Positions 41,411-52,921 of a DNA stretch of 64,000 nucleotides are shown here, one piece after another. The notes beneath the pieces are model-generated. The model did no database searches. It saw only the letters and a program-made list of their open reading frames with translations, and was not told the origin of the DNA. The translations under genes were made by a program, and so were the position numbers. This DNA comes from Escherichia coli (GTDB taxonomy: Bacteria > Pseudomonadota > Gammaproteobacteria > Enterobacterales > Enterobacteriaceae), in assembly GCA_025544715.1 (NCBI GenBank), contig GCA_025544715.1_4109.1. The stretch is one strand, 5' to 3'. The number at the start of each line of letters is the position of its first letter. Within the stretch, counting starts at the first letter, position 1.

Positions 41411-44400
41411 ATGTACTCAATAAAAACTGACTTAGATATTACTGGTGCTGGTACGGTTGGTAAGGATCTTTTAGTCAAAGGAAATGCTGTTTTCAATAAT
41501 AACCTAACTGTAAATGGTACTGTAACTTTTGCAAATGCAACTTTTACTGCCATTGAATCATCAACTGCCAACATTACATCTACTTTAGATGTTGGTGGCA
41601 AAGCAACACTTTCTGGTGGTCTTGGTGTTGAGGGTAATACTACAATCGGTAGTGCAGTTGTCGGGTCTGATACAGCAACAATTAATTCAAACGCTACCTT
41701 TAACGGTACTGTATCAGTTGGTTCTGATTTTACACAAACTGCTGGTACAACCACTCTACAAGCAACTAAAGTTAAAAACTTAGAAGTTGCTGAAACAACA
41801 GCATTTAAAGGTAATATTACTGCTGATGTTGGCACTACTGCTGCATTTGATAAAATTACTGCTAATACCGCAGAAATTACTAATGTAAGTACAACCGATA
41901 TTAGTAGTACTGGAACTGCTACTTTTAAAGATGTAACCATTAGTGGTACATTAGGTGGTCAGTTTAATCTTTCTGACTTAAATGCAGTAACATTGAACGT
42001 TTCTGGTGCATCTAACCAACAAGGTGCAGTAACTTTCGGTGCTAACGTAACTGGTATTAACAGTACTGCTACTTTTAAAGACATTCGTATTGGTTCTAAC
42101 TCTGAATCACAAACCTTCAGATTAAGCTTCCCTTACACTGCTCCTGGTAAACGCCCAACTGTTATTCTACAAAACGAAATTCAGTCCGAGCTAATGTCAC
42201 CTGCAAACTTGACAGTATTGACCTCTGCTTCTTTTGGTAATGCGTCATTATCTTCTTATGGTATTACTGGTAATGGTCTAAACAAATTGGATTATCTAAC
42301 AGTTTCTGGTAACAACACACAATCTCCAGACACACCACTATTAGAAGTTCAAAAAGGCAAAACCAAAGTTGCTGACTTTGAAGTAACCGGAACTGCAACT
42401 ATTCCAAATATTGAAAGTACTGGGACTGCTAATTTTAATAACATTAATGTTTCTGGTCTTCTTGGTGGATCATTCCAACTAGACGATATTAATGCAGTAT
42501 CATTGAACGTTACTGGTGCAACTTCATTAGTTGGTGGTGTTACTCTTGGTTCTAATATTACTGGTTATAACAGTACTGCATCCTTTAAATCTATCAGCTT
42601 AGGCCAAAATAGTCAAGATGCGGCAGTGAAACTAGGTTTTGGATATACTGCACCTGGTCAACGTCCAACAGTTATTCTACCTAACGAAGTTCAATCAGAA
42701 GTCGTTTCTCCTTCTACATTGAACGTTCTTAAAACAGCAACTTTCGGTAACGCTTCGCTTTCCACTTATGGTATTACTGGTAACGGTCTAAACAAACTAG
42801 ATTATCTAACTATTACTGGTAACGAAACACAAGCTCCAGGTACACCATTCCTACAAGTTGGTGGTAAAGCAATTCTTAATGATGTTGATTTTACTGGTAC
42901 AGTAACTGGACTAACTGTTGATGTTAGTGGTCAGGATCTAACACCTAATTCTGTTGTCGCGGCAGCAAATATTAAAGGTGCAACACTTGAAAGTACTGGT
43001 AACACTACTGTGGGTGCTAAACTAACTGTTACTGGTGATATTGCTGGTACAACTGCAACTCTTTCTGGTGCATTATCTGCTGGTTCAGTAAGTTCTGGTA
43101 CTATTACTGGTACAACTTCAGTTTCAGCACCAACAATTAGTGCATCTACTGAAGTAACTGCTCCTACTATCACTGCTAGTGGAACTTTAAGTGGTCAAAC
43201 CATTAACGGAACTAATATTAGTGCAACAACTCTTACTGCACCAACTATTAGTGGTAATACAAACTTTACAGAAAATGTTGATATTACTGGAAATCTAACA
43301 GTTACTGGTACAGTAACCCCAGGTACAATTGATTTGAGTACTACTGATGTTAGTGCTAAATCAATCACTACTACCGCTGGTGCAAATATTGGTGGCGATC
43401 TTGTGGTTCAAGGTTCTTTTGATTTATCAGCAGCAGACATTAACGTTAAATCACTAACTTCTTCTGGTATTGTTAAAAGTAATGACCTTGTTAATGCTAA
43501 CGTACTTCCAGTACTTAATAGTACAACAGTCACATCAACAACTGTTAATGCTGATGATATAACTGTTACTGGTTCTGCAACTCTTGGAACTGTATATGCA
43601 AGTACATCTGTTCTAGTTGGGTCAACTTTAACTGTAACTGGTGAAACTACAACTGCATCTTTGGTTACCCCAACCATTTCAAATGCAAGTGGTGTCACTA
43701 TTTCCAATAATACAAATGTAACTGGTGATCTAACCGTTACTGGTGCAGTTATTCCAGGCTCTATCGATCTAGCAACAACTGATGTAAGTGCGAAATCTAT
43801 TACTACTACTGCTGGTGCGACTATTGGTGGTAACCTAACTGTTAATGGTACAGTAGATCTTACTACTGCTGATGTTACTGTCAAATCTTTAACTAGTACT
43901 GGTGCAATTGTTAGTAATGAATCCACAATTAGTAGTGTTCTACCTAAACTTCAAAGTACTGATGCAACTATTGCAACCCTTGGTTCAACAACTGCAAATA
44001 TTACTAATTTGAATGTTACTGGTGCATCTACCGTAGCTGACGTAACTTCTTCAGGTAAAGTTAAAGCAGTTTCTGTAGAAACCCCAACAATTAGTAACGT
44101 TGATGGTGTATCTATTTCCAATAATACATCTATTACTGGTGACCTAACAGTTTCTGGTACAGTAACCCCAGGTGCGATTGATTTGAGCACAACTGATGTA
44201 AGTGCGAAATCTATTACTACTACCGCTGGTGCAAATATTGGTGGTGATCTTGTTGTTTCTGGTACAGTTGATTTAAGTGGTGCTGATGTATCTGTTAAAT
44301 CTCTAACAAGTACTGGTATTATTACAGTTAGTAGTGCAGAAGGTATTAACGTTCTACCTAAAGTTCAAAGTACTGAAGTTACAGTGTCTGCTCTAAATGC

Positions 44401-47390
44401 AACAAATGCAGTAGTTTCTGGTGATGTTTCAGCAGCAACAGCTTCAATCTCAGGTGCAATTACTGGTGGTTCAGCAACACTATCTGGTGCTGGAACTGCT
44501 CTAAATGTAACTAATAATGCAACTGTCGGTGGTACACTTACTGTTGGTTCTATTACTTCAGCGGCAGAAAATGTATCCATTACTAAAAATACCGCTGTCA
44601 CTGGTAATTTAGCAGTATCTGGAACTCTAACTGCTGGTGTTATTGATTTGAGCACAACTGATGTTTCTGTGAAAACTTTAACTTCTCTTGGTGACGCAAC
44701 AGTTCGTGGTAACTTAACTGTTGATGGTTCTATTGACCTAAGTTCCGCAAACATCGTTGGTGTAACACTAGAAAGTACTGGCTCCACTACCGTAGGTACT
44801 GATTTGATACTAACTACTGGTAACATTACAGGTAGTCCATCTATTTCTGGTAACTTAGGTGTAACTGGAACTACAACTTTAACTGGTGCAACAACAGTTT
44901 CAAACACATTGAATACTGCTGGTAAACTAACAGTTAATGCTGGGGGAATTCAGGTTGTTGCAGGTGATATACAAGTTGATTCTGGAACTATTAATGCTCC
45001 TAGTGCTAATATTTCTGGTAGTTCAACACTTAATAGTGCTACTGTAACCACTACACTCGGTGTTACTGGGGCAGCAAGTATGAATGGTGGTTTAACTGCT
45101 TCTACTTTGGATGTAACAGGTGATAGTACAGTACAAAAACTAACTGTTAAAGGTGTATTTGTTCCTGAAGGTGGTTTGGACCTTTCCGGTGCTGATCTTA
45201 ACGTGAATAGCGTAACTGCTGCAACCACATTAAGTGTTACTGGTGCTAGTACTCTGACTGGTGGTGTTTCCACTTCAACAGTATCTGCATCCGGTAAGGT
45301 AACCGCACAAGAACTAAGTACTGGTACATTGGATGTAACCACAAATGGAACTGTTGGTGGAACTTTAGGTGTAACTGGTAAAGCAACTGTTGGCTCACTA
45401 GATTCAGGTGCAATATCTGCTACATCTGGTACATTTAGTACTACACTGGATGTAACTGGAGCAGCAACATTTGGTAATAATGTTAATATTACTGGCACAT
45501 TAACACCAGGTGCATTGGATTTAACTAGTACTGATGTAGTTGCTAACAGTCTTTCTGTTGCATCAACCCTACATTCAGATGGCAATGCAACAATTGGTGG
45601 TACATTAGGTGTAACTAGTGCAGTAACTGCTCCATCAATCGCTCTTAATGGTGAAGGTACTGCGTTGGCAGTTACTAATAACGCAACCATTGGTGGTACA
45701 TTAGGCGTAACTGGTAAAGCAACTGTTGGATCACTAGATACAGGTGCAATCTCTGCAACATCTGGTACATTTAGTACTACATTAGATGTGACTGGTGCAG
45801 CAACCTTTGGTAATAATGTTAATATTACTGGCACATTAACACCAGGTGCATTGGATTTAACTNNNNNNNNNNNNNNNNNNNNNNNNNNNNNNNNNNNNNN
45901 NNNNNNNNNNNNNNNNNNNNNNNNNNNNNNNNNNNNNNNNNNNNNNNNNNNNNNNNNNAACTAGTACTGATGTAGTTGCTAACAGTCTTTCTGTAGCTAC
46001 AACTCTACATTCAAATGGTAACGCAACCATTGGTGGAACATTAGGCGTAACTGGTGCAGTAACTGCTCCATCAATCGCTCTTAATGGTGAAGGTACTGCA
46101 TTAGCAGTTACTAATGACACAACGATTGGTGGTACATTAGGCGTAACTGGTGCTACAACTTTAGGTTCTCTAACAACCTCTGGTGCAGTTAAAACTGGTG
46201 CTAATGTTATTATCGGTACTAAAATTGGTGAACAACCAGAGACAGTTCAGATTTTCCCTAATACTTACATTGCAGGCTCCTTGCGTGTAGATGGTGGTAT
46301 CAACGCTGATATTGACGTTAGTGGTCAAACAATTGAACCTTATGCAGTTGTTGCGGCTGACACTATTAGTGCAGCGGGTAATATTACTTCTGGTGCAGAG
46401 TTGATTTCCAAATCAGCAACTATTGGTGATGTTGGTTCACAAAACAACAACTTAACAATCAATGGTAACGTAGTTAACAACGGTAACTTTACAGTAACTG
46501 GTCTACTAAACGCAACACTAAACCAAGCAAACTCTGACGTGGCTGTTAAATCATTAACTGCAACCAACAGTGTTGCTGCTGGTACTAGTATTACCGCAGG
46601 TACAAGTATTACTGCAACTGGTCTACTAAAAGGGAACACCCTTGAAGTAACTACTACTGGTTCATTTGGTGGTGCAGTAACAATGTCAAGTGGTGCTAAC
46701 ATTACTGGAACCGTTGGAATTACTTCTGGTAACCTAACTGTTGGTGGTGATATTTCTGCAACAGGTACTGCAACCCTAGCAGCAACTTCAGTAACTACCA
46801 TTACTACTTCTGGTGCAGCAACACTTGCTAGTGCATCTGTTACTGGAGCAGCAACAATCGGTGGTACTTTAACTGTTACTGGTTTAATGACTGCAAATGG
46901 TAGTGTTGTTTTAGGTGACGCTGCTGCTGATACATTAACTGTCAATGCAACATCTTCTTTCAAAGAAAATGCAGTATTTGATAAAGATGTAACTGTAACT
47001 GGTCAATTAACAACTACTAATGCTGACCTAACTACTACAACAGTAACTACTAAAAAATATGATGTTATTCCTAATCAAGTAACTTCTTCTGTTATCGCAC
47101 CAACTGGTACTTGGACCCCAGACGGTACTAGCAACGTATACTTTATCACTCTAGATCAAGATACCACTCTAGCACCAATCACTGGTCTAATCGGTGGTGG
47201 TAAAGCATCTTCAGTATACATTTATGTGAAACAAGATGCAACAGGTAATAGAAACTTTACTACTGATGGTACTTATGCGGTTGTTGATGGCACACTGAAC
47301 AAAACTGCAAACTCTGTAACTATCTACCAAGTCATTTATGACGGTGTGAGTCCAGTAACAGATATGTTTATTGCACAACGTACTGCTTAA
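41411..47390 (+). CDS. Giant repetitive tail fibre protein (about 2,000 aa or more), interrupted by an assembly gap
   Basis: ORF track splits this into 41411..45964 and 46281..47390, but the stop after the N-run is a frame artefact: sequence after the gap continues the same repeat in an open frame (TSTDVVANSLSV...). Thr/Gly/Val-rich beta-strand repeats of about 112, 140 and 155 aa. Confidence 0.65.
45377..46150 (+). repeat. Tandem 336 bp (112 aa) near-identical repeat units within the fibre gene, copy number unresolved
   Basis: Unit starting GGTAAAGCAACTGTTGG at 45377 recurs at 45713, and a third partial copy follows the gap. Confidence 0.8.
45863..45958. other. Assembly gap (96 N) inside the tandem-repeat region of the giant fibre gene
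   Basis: Run of N; flanking sequence is the same position in consecutive 336 bp repeat units (pre-gap ends ...GGATTTAACT, post-gap begins AACTAGTACT...). Confidence 0.95.
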
Positions 47391-47406
47391 TAATTATAAT
47401 AATAAA

Positions 47407-47431
47407 GGTGTCACTCATTTTGGGTGACACC
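47407..47431 (+). terminator. Stem-loop after the giant fibre gene (no clear U-tract)
   Basis: GGTGTCAC-(9 nt)-GTGACACC; downstream sequence is not T-rich. Confidence 0.35.
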
Positions 47432-47454
47432 ATCATAACAAGTGAGGTAGTTAT

Positions 47455-48234
47455 ATGTTCACATATGTGAAAGGAAATTCAAAAGAAAATTATGAATTGG
47501 GAAACATTATTTCCAATCCAATTGGTGTAAAAGGACTCAAAGAACGTCCTGGTGCAACACCAGAAGATCCACAAACCTATCGTTATCTTTATAGTGATAT
47601 TAGAACTCTTTATGGTATTTCAAGTAAAGATGGTTCACCAGTAGAACCAAATGATGCTGTTAGAAAAGAAGAAGGTTTTTGGTGGTTAGTGTATAAAAAT
47701 GTTGGAAATGTTAATGCTATTGAACAACCGTTGGAGTTTATTAAATTAAAAGATGAAAATCAACCTATTGTTGAATTTTTTGAAGATGCCACAGAAGAAT
47801 ATAAAGCACTAACTGTTCTTAAAACATATCATTATATTGATATACCAATAGCAGATGTTAAAGCTGATTTAAAAGCAAGAACTATTTCAGAACGTACAAA
47901 TCGTATGAATTCTGGTTATATGTTCAATGGTCATCGTTACAGTACTGATATGTCTGGTCGTCAAATGCTTCTTAATTATTATACACAAGTCACTTCAGGT
48001 TCTGAAAGTGTTTCTATTTTTCTTGATGACGCAATTGTAAAATTATCTGCTGCTGAAATGACACAACTATACACTGAAGCCTTTGCTATGATTGAGCAAT
48101 TGTTTACAGAATGTGACAATCAGTGTGCTGCAATTGACGCAGTTGATGATTTAGATCCTGATGCAATTTATAAGGCACAACAAGCTGCAACTTGGGTATA
48201 TGAAGGTGTTGATATTCCTGAACGTATACGTTAA
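47455..48234 (+). CDS. Hypothetical protein (259 aa), possibly fibre-associated (assembly/chaperone?)
   Basis: ORF with GAGGT RBS between two fibre genes; function assigned by position only. Confidence 0.45.
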   Translation: MFTYVKGNSKENYELGNIISNPIGVKGLKERPGATPEDPQTYRYLYSDIRTLYGISSKDGSPVEPNDAVRKEEGFWWLVYKNVGNVNAIEQPLEFIKLKDENQPIVEFFEDATEEYKALTVLKTYHYIDIPIADVKADLKARTISERTNRMNSGYMFNGHRYSTDMSGRQMLLNYYTQVTSGSESVSIFLDDAIVKLSAAEMTQLYTEAFAMIEQLFTECDNQCAAIDAVDDLDPDAIYKAQQAATWVYEGVDIPERIR

Positions 48235-48242
48235 TTAATAAT

Positions 48243-48275
48243 AAAGGTCAACTATGGTTGGCCTTTATTTGTTTC
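48243..48275 (+). terminator. Rho-independent terminator (AAGGTCAA...TTGGCCTT family)
   Basis: AAAGGTCAAC-tatg-GTTGGCCTTT (one G-U pair) followed by ATTTGTTT. Confidence 0.7.
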
Positions 48276-48291
48276 AATATAAGGAAAATAT

Positions 48292-49905
48292 ATGTATAAT
48301 ATAAGAACAGATATTATTGTAAATGGTGATATCAGCTATGACGGTGATCTAATAGGTAAGATTCCAGTACCTGATATTAGTTCTAAAAATAAAAATATTT
48401 TAATTCATGAAAGTGATGGTTTATATGTTCCAGATAACACTATTAACTATCAAGGTGGTACTGGTATATCAATATCCTCTAATTTAATATCTACAAAAAT
48501 CAGTTCAACTGAAGGTAATATCCTTAGTAATGATTCTAACGGGTTGTATGTTCCTGATAATACGGCAAGCTACATAGCTGGAAATGGTATCAATGTTAAT
48601 ACAAATGTTATATCTGCTAAAGTGAGTTTAAATTCTGGAAACATTCTGATTTCTGATACTAATGGTCTGTATGTTCCTAATACATCAATTGTGTATTCTG
48701 AGGGAACTGGTGTAGAAATAAGTAATAATACTATTTCAGCTAAAATAAGTACATCTCCTAATAACATAGTTACTATTGCAGAAGGTGGTTTATATGTCCC
48801 TGATAATACAGTAACATATACAGGTAGTGACAGTATTAAAATAGATAATAATATTATATCATCAAAAGTAAGCACATCTTTAGGAAATATCCTTACAACT
48901 GATAGTACGGGTCTATTCGTACCTGATAATTCGATAACGTACAATGCGGGTAATGGGATTGTAATTAGTGATGAAGTGATTAGTGTTGAGGTTGACCCTA
49001 CGCCAGAAAATATATTATCTTCTACTAGCAATGGTTTATTTGTTCCTAACAATACTGTAACTTATAATGCTGGCAACGGAATTTCAATTAACTCTGATAT
49101 AATAAGTGCTAAAATTAGTTCTACTTCTGGTAATATACTATCTACTGACAGTACTGGATTGTTTGTGCCTAATACAAGAATAAATTACGTTGGTGGTACT
49201 GGTATATCAATTAGTTCAGAAACAATTTCAACCAAAATAAGCACAACACCAGGAAATACTTTAACAACTGACGTAAATGGGTTATATGTACCGACTGGTC
49301 CATCCTCATATACTGCTGGAAATGGTATAACTATTGACAGTAATGTTATTTCGTCTAAAATAAGTAATACCTCTGGTAATATATTAACATCAGATAGTTC
49401 TGGATTATTTGTTAATGGTAATAATACTACTAACCTAGTTCGTAGAAAAAGAGAATTATATTATTCAAACTTAAATATACAATTCACAGATGGAATTGAA
49501 CAGAATTTAATTCAAATACTTAAATCATTGACCCCCACTAGTGGAACACTAGATAGTTTCTTCAATACAACAAGTAATAAGCTAAATGTTTATAATTTCA
49601 ATTCATCTCTAAATTTCAAATTAAATATATACGGTACATGGACTACTAGTTCATCTAATATGAGTTTTGCTATTAATTTTACAAATACTCAATTTAATAA
49701 TATTAACCAAGTTAGAACACCAACAATCACAGTTGATACTATTTCATTTAATACATTTTTAAGTGTTGATGAAAATGGTAACCTAGTAACTAATGGAACA
49801 CCTATTACGTTAATGTCACATGGTGGCAAGTTTACAGTCACTAATTTATTATTAATTGCTGAGCAAATCGTTCCACCTTCAATGAGTGGGGTTTCTGTAG
49901 TGTAA
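48292..49905 (+). CDS. Tail fibre-like protein with about nine tandem ~40 aa repeats
   Basis: 537 aa; repeated unit ...S(D/N)GLYVPDNT..Y.(A/G)GNGI.I..N.IS.K(I/V)S...GNIL...; N-terminus MYNIRTD... resembles the giant fibre N-terminus MYSIKTD.... Confidence 0.55.
   Translation: MYNIRTDIIVNGDISYDGDLIGKIPVPDISSKNKNILIHESDGLYVPDNTINYQGGTGISISSNLISTKISSTEGNILSNDSNGLYVPDNTASYIAGNGINVNTNVISAKVSLNSGNILISDTNGLYVPNTSIVYSEGTGVEISNNTISAKISTSPNNIVTIAEGGLYVPDNTVTYTGSDSIKIDNNIISSKVSTSLGNILTTDSTGLFVPDNSITYNAGNGIVISDEVISVEVDPTPENILSSTSNGLFVPNNTVTYNAGNGISINSDIISAKISSTSGNILSTDSTGLFVPNTRINYVGGTGISISSETISTKISTTPGNTLTTDVNGLYVPTGPSSYTAGNGITIDSNVISSKISNTSGNILTSDSSGLFVNGNNTTNLVRRKRELYYSNLNIQFTDGIEQNLIQILKSLTPTSGTLDSFFNTTSNKLNVYNFNSSLNFKLNIYGTWTTSSSNMSFAINFTNTQFNNINQVRTPTITVDTISFNTFLSVDENGNLVTNGTPITLMSHGGKFTVTNLLLIAEQIVPPSMSGVSVV
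48409..49420 (+). repeat. About nine tandem ~120 bp coding repeats (approximate bounds)
   Basis: Recurring GLYVPDNT / GLFVPDN-containing units in the translated ORF. Confidence 0.6.
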
Positions 49906-49914
49906 TAACATATT

Positions 49915-49946
49915 AAGGTCAAGCCTATGCTTGGCCTTTTCTTTTA
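49915..49946 (+). terminator. Rho-independent terminator (same family as 48243)
   Basis: AAGGTCAAGC-ctat-GCTTGGCCTT followed by TTCTTTT. Confidence 0.75.
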
Positions 49947-49992
49947 ACTAAAATAAATACATCATATAAATCTATTCTGAGGAAATATTTAA

Positions 49993-51957
49993 ATGAGTAT
50001 AAATCGAATTAGAGGTGATGGTGGTGTAATTATCGATAGTAAATCTTTTTTAGAGTTACCGAAAGCACCATCAAAAGAAACCGCTGATGTAATAAGATCA
50101 GGGATGATTAGATACAATAAGGAATGGAAATCATTTGAAGGTGTTCTGGATTTTGAAGATGGTACTATGGCATATCGCCGCTTTGCAAACTTAGATGCAA
50201 ATGGTAAACTTCTTACTTCCCAATTACCAGATTCAGTAACTAGTGGTTTACAGTTTGTTGGTACATACAATCCTATCCCAGATGATATTGATCCACCTTT
50301 AGCACAAACACCACTACCAGCACCAGCAGCATCACTAAATGGTGATTATTATGTTGTTCGTGGTATTATGGATGCAGCACAAGCACACTTTGAAGCAAAT
50401 AACCCACAAACAAGTCCGGTTACATTTACACCTACGAACCCAACTGGTCAAGGTAATTGGATTGAAATTTTATATTATATTGACTCCAATCCAAATATAT
50501 CTGGTGCTAAACTTGTAACATACGCTTTTGCAAGAATTATTACTGCATCTATTCCTAGTACTGGTCATGAAGGTCTTGAAAATTTAGCAACTGATGCTGA
50601 CTTAACTAAACCATTTGCTTCTGGCGTTCCAATGAACCAGACCGCACTATCAGATGGTGATTGGATCATTATAACTGAAGATAAAAACATACGTCTACGC
50701 CAGTCAAGAACAAGCATTTCTGCTGCTTCTGTATTATATGACAATACAGTAATGATTGCAAACCATCGTCAATTTAGAACGAACGCAGGAACCGTACAAA
50801 CATCCATAGATAACGTTGTGATTGAATGTTTGCGTAGAACTGGCGATTCCATGTATAATGATGGAACAAGCGGCTCAGGGCGTTTTGGTGTGGTCTATGG
50901 TAGTGCAGCAGCACCAGCATTGACATTTAATAACAATCCATTTGATCCAACCAATAACCCAGGTAATGATCCTACCAAATGGTCAGACGCTAATACTGGT
51001 ATATTTCATCCAGCAGATGATGCAATTGGTTTCAGTACTGCTGGAACTGAACGTATTAGAATTAATAATTCAACATTAACATTATACCAAACAACTTCAA
51101 CCCCAGCATCAACCCCAGTACTAAGATTTGATAATGCAACCAATACTAATGTTGGACTAAGTGCTAGTAGTAATATTATTTCATTTAGTTCAATGAATAA
51201 AGTACAAGTTGAATTTAAAAATGGTGAAAGTGCGTTTCATGGTAATATTGTGGTTGATGGTACAAGCACATTGACTGGTGATACATCAGCTAGTAATATC
51301 ACTGCTAGTGGTAATTTGAACATTCAAGGTAATACCATATTAGGCGATGCTGCATCAGATACAATTACAGTTAATGGAGTTAGTACGTTTACAGCAAACA
51401 CCAATTTCAATGGAACAACTAATAAATTTAAAAATATAAATCTATTAGCTAATGGTATAATTACATTAGAAAGTACTACTAACCAAAGTACAATCCAATT
51501 AGTTAGTTCTGATTTAAAACTATCAATGGGTAATTATGCTGATGTAAGTATCTATGATAATGGAACTATAAGAGCACGTTTTAATAGATATGGTATCCAA
51601 TTACCAGTACTAGCTACTATTGATAACTCTGTTGGCGTTGATGGTATGATTGCATACTCCAATACCGAGCGTACTTCAATGCAAAAAGTTCAAGGTCAAT
51701 GGGTTCCAATTGGTTCAGGTTCAGTGAGAACCGATGCTTTTACCATTTCATCTTGGGTATTAAGTGGTAACTACTACACCCTTACTGTAACAGCCTCAAA
51801 CATCGTCACAGCAGAGATACAGGAACAGGTTAGTCCTGGTGTCTATACTCGTGTTGAGGTCGATAGCGTTACGTTTAACGGCACTAACGTAGTGTTTAGT
51901 ATACCTTCAACTCCTGATGTACGTTTCGACGGAAGAACATTGGTAACAATTAGATAA
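49993..51957 (+). CDS. Tail fibre protein (654 aa)
   Basis: Last gene of the plus-strand fibre block; Thr/Ser/Asn/Gly-rich C-terminal half; strong bidirectional terminator downstream. Confidence 0.5.
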   Translation: MSINRIRGDGGVIIDSKSFLELPKAPSKETADVIRSGMIRYNKEWKSFEGVLDFEDGTMAYRRFANLDANGKLLTSQLPDSVTSGLQFVGTYNPIPDDIDPPLAQTPLPAPAASLNGDYYVVRGIMDAAQAHFEANNPQTSPVTFTPTNPTGQGNWIEILYYIDSNPNISGAKLVTYAFARIITASIPSTGHEGLENLATDADLTKPFASGVPMNQTALSDGDWIIITEDKNIRLRQSRTSISAASVLYDNTVMIANHRQFRTNAGTVQTSIDNVVIECLRRTGDSMYNDGTSGSGRFGVVYGSAAAPALTFNNNPFDPTNNPGNDPTKWSDANTGIFHPADDAIGFSTAGTERIRINNSTLTLYQTTSTPASTPVLRFDNATNTNVGLSASSNIISFSSMNKVQVEFKNGESAFHGNIVVDGTSTLTGDTSASNITASGNLNIQGNTILGDAASDTITVNGVSTFTANTNFNGTTNKFKNINLLANGIITLESTTNQSTIQLVSSDLKLSMGNYADVSIYDNGTIRARFNRYGIQLPVLATIDNSVGVDGMIAYSNTERTSMQKVQGQWVPIGSGSVRTDAFTISSWVLSGNYYTLTVTASNIVTAEIQEQVSPGVYTRVEVDSVTFNGTNVVFSIPSTPDVRFDGRTLVTIR

Positions 51958-51995
51958 TAAAAAAGGGAGAACATTAGTTCTCCCTTTTCGTTTAT
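51958..51995. terminator. Bidirectional terminator between the last fibre gene and thyA
   Basis: A-run then GGGAGAAC-atta-GTTCTCCC then TTTTCGTTT. Confidence 0.85.
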
Positions 51996-52921
51996 ACAGC
52001 CATAGGTGCTTTAATTGTTGGCATTGGGTTGTAATTCACTAATTTGAAAGAATCCATTGTGAAATCTTCAATATTAGTAATTGTAGGATCAAGCCACAAT
52101 TCAGGTAATTCACGAGGTTTTCGCTGTAGTTGTTCTTTTACTTGTTCAACGTGGTTTTTATAAATGTGACAATCACCACCATTCCAAATAAATTCACCAA
52201 CATCTAAACCAGTAATTTGTGCAATCATATGAGTTAGTAGTGAGTAACTACTGATATTAAATGGAACTCCCAAAAATAGATCAGCGGAGCGTTGATGTAG
52301 AATGCAGCTTAGTTTCCCTTGTACTACACAAAATTGCACAAAGCTATGACAAGGTGGCAACGTCATATCATCAAGCTCACCAACGTTCCAGGCACTTAGA
52401 ATGTGGCGACGACCATATGGATCGGAATGTATACCTTTGATTAGTTCTTGTAATTGGTCAGTTGTACGTTTCATAACAACACCATGTGAACCAGTATAAT
52501 CGATAACTTTGTATCCTTTATCTTTTAATTCTTGAATTTCTTCAGTACTGGAACTAAATTTATAATCTTCCCATTCACGCCATTGCTTACCATACACTGG
52601 ACCCAATTCACCATCAGTATAACCAAGAGCAACGCCTTGATTTAGGTAATTATCTGTCCAAATTGTTTTCTTTTCAGTATCACGAGTTCCATGCAAAATT
52701 TCACAAAGGCGACGCTCATCATGGGAACCTTCAATAAACCATAGTAATTCTGAAGTCATTGCTTTCCAAGCTAGACGTTTTGTCGTCACTGCTGGGAAAC
52801 CATCGTTAAGGTCGAAACGCATTTGTTGACCGATAAGTTTGATTGTCCCAACACCAGTACGGTCAACGCTTTCTACGCCTTCATCTAGAATTTTTTGATA
52901 TAGTTCTTGTAGTTGTTTCAT
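51992..52921 (-). CDS. thyA: Thymidylate synthase (ThyA family)
   Basis: 309 aa; catalytic LPPCH, HQRSADLFLGVPFNISSYSLL, GGDCHIYKNH, C-terminal IKAPMAV; Asn in the PFNI motif implies a uracil-type substrate. Confidence 0.9.
   Translation of the reverse strand: MKQLQELYQKILDEGVESVDRTGVGTIKLIGQQMRFDLNDGFPAVTTKRLAWKAMTSELLWFIEGSHDERRLCEILHGTRDTEKKTIWTDNYLNQGVALGYTDGELGPVYGKQWREWEDYKFSSSTEEIQELKDKGYKVIDYTGSHGVVMKRTTDQLQELIKGIHSDPYGRRHILSAWNVGELDDMTLPPCHSFVQFCVVQGKLSCILHQRSADLFLGVPFNISSYSLLTHMIAQITGLDVGEFIWNGGDCHIYKNHVEQVKEQLQRKPRELPELWLDPTITNIEDFTMDSFKLVNYNPMPTIKAPMAV

Noticed and set aside
41341-46963. Eight minus-strand ORFs (41341..41940, 42931..43173, 43408..43926, 43951..44190, 44365..44907, 44950..45834, 45857..46120, 46340..46963) inside the giant fibre gene
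   Set aside because: They are antisense to a strongly supported plus-strand gene, and their low-complexity Val/Ala/Thr/Pro-rich translations are what a repeat-rich coding strand gives in reverse; no RBS or promoter context.
46281-47390. ORF-track call of a separate 369 aa gene after the gap
   Set aside because: The frame is open upstream back to the N-run and continues the same repeat; the stop at 45962-45964 in the upstream frame results from the arbitrary gap length. Treated as one gene, 41411..47390.
51992-52921. dCMP hydroxymethylase (T4 gp42-type) instead of thymidylate synthase
   Set aside because: The residue in the PFNI motif is Asn, as in dUMP-specific enzymes, where cytosine-specific enzymes have Asp. 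A dUMP hydroxymethylase cannot be excluded from sequence alone.
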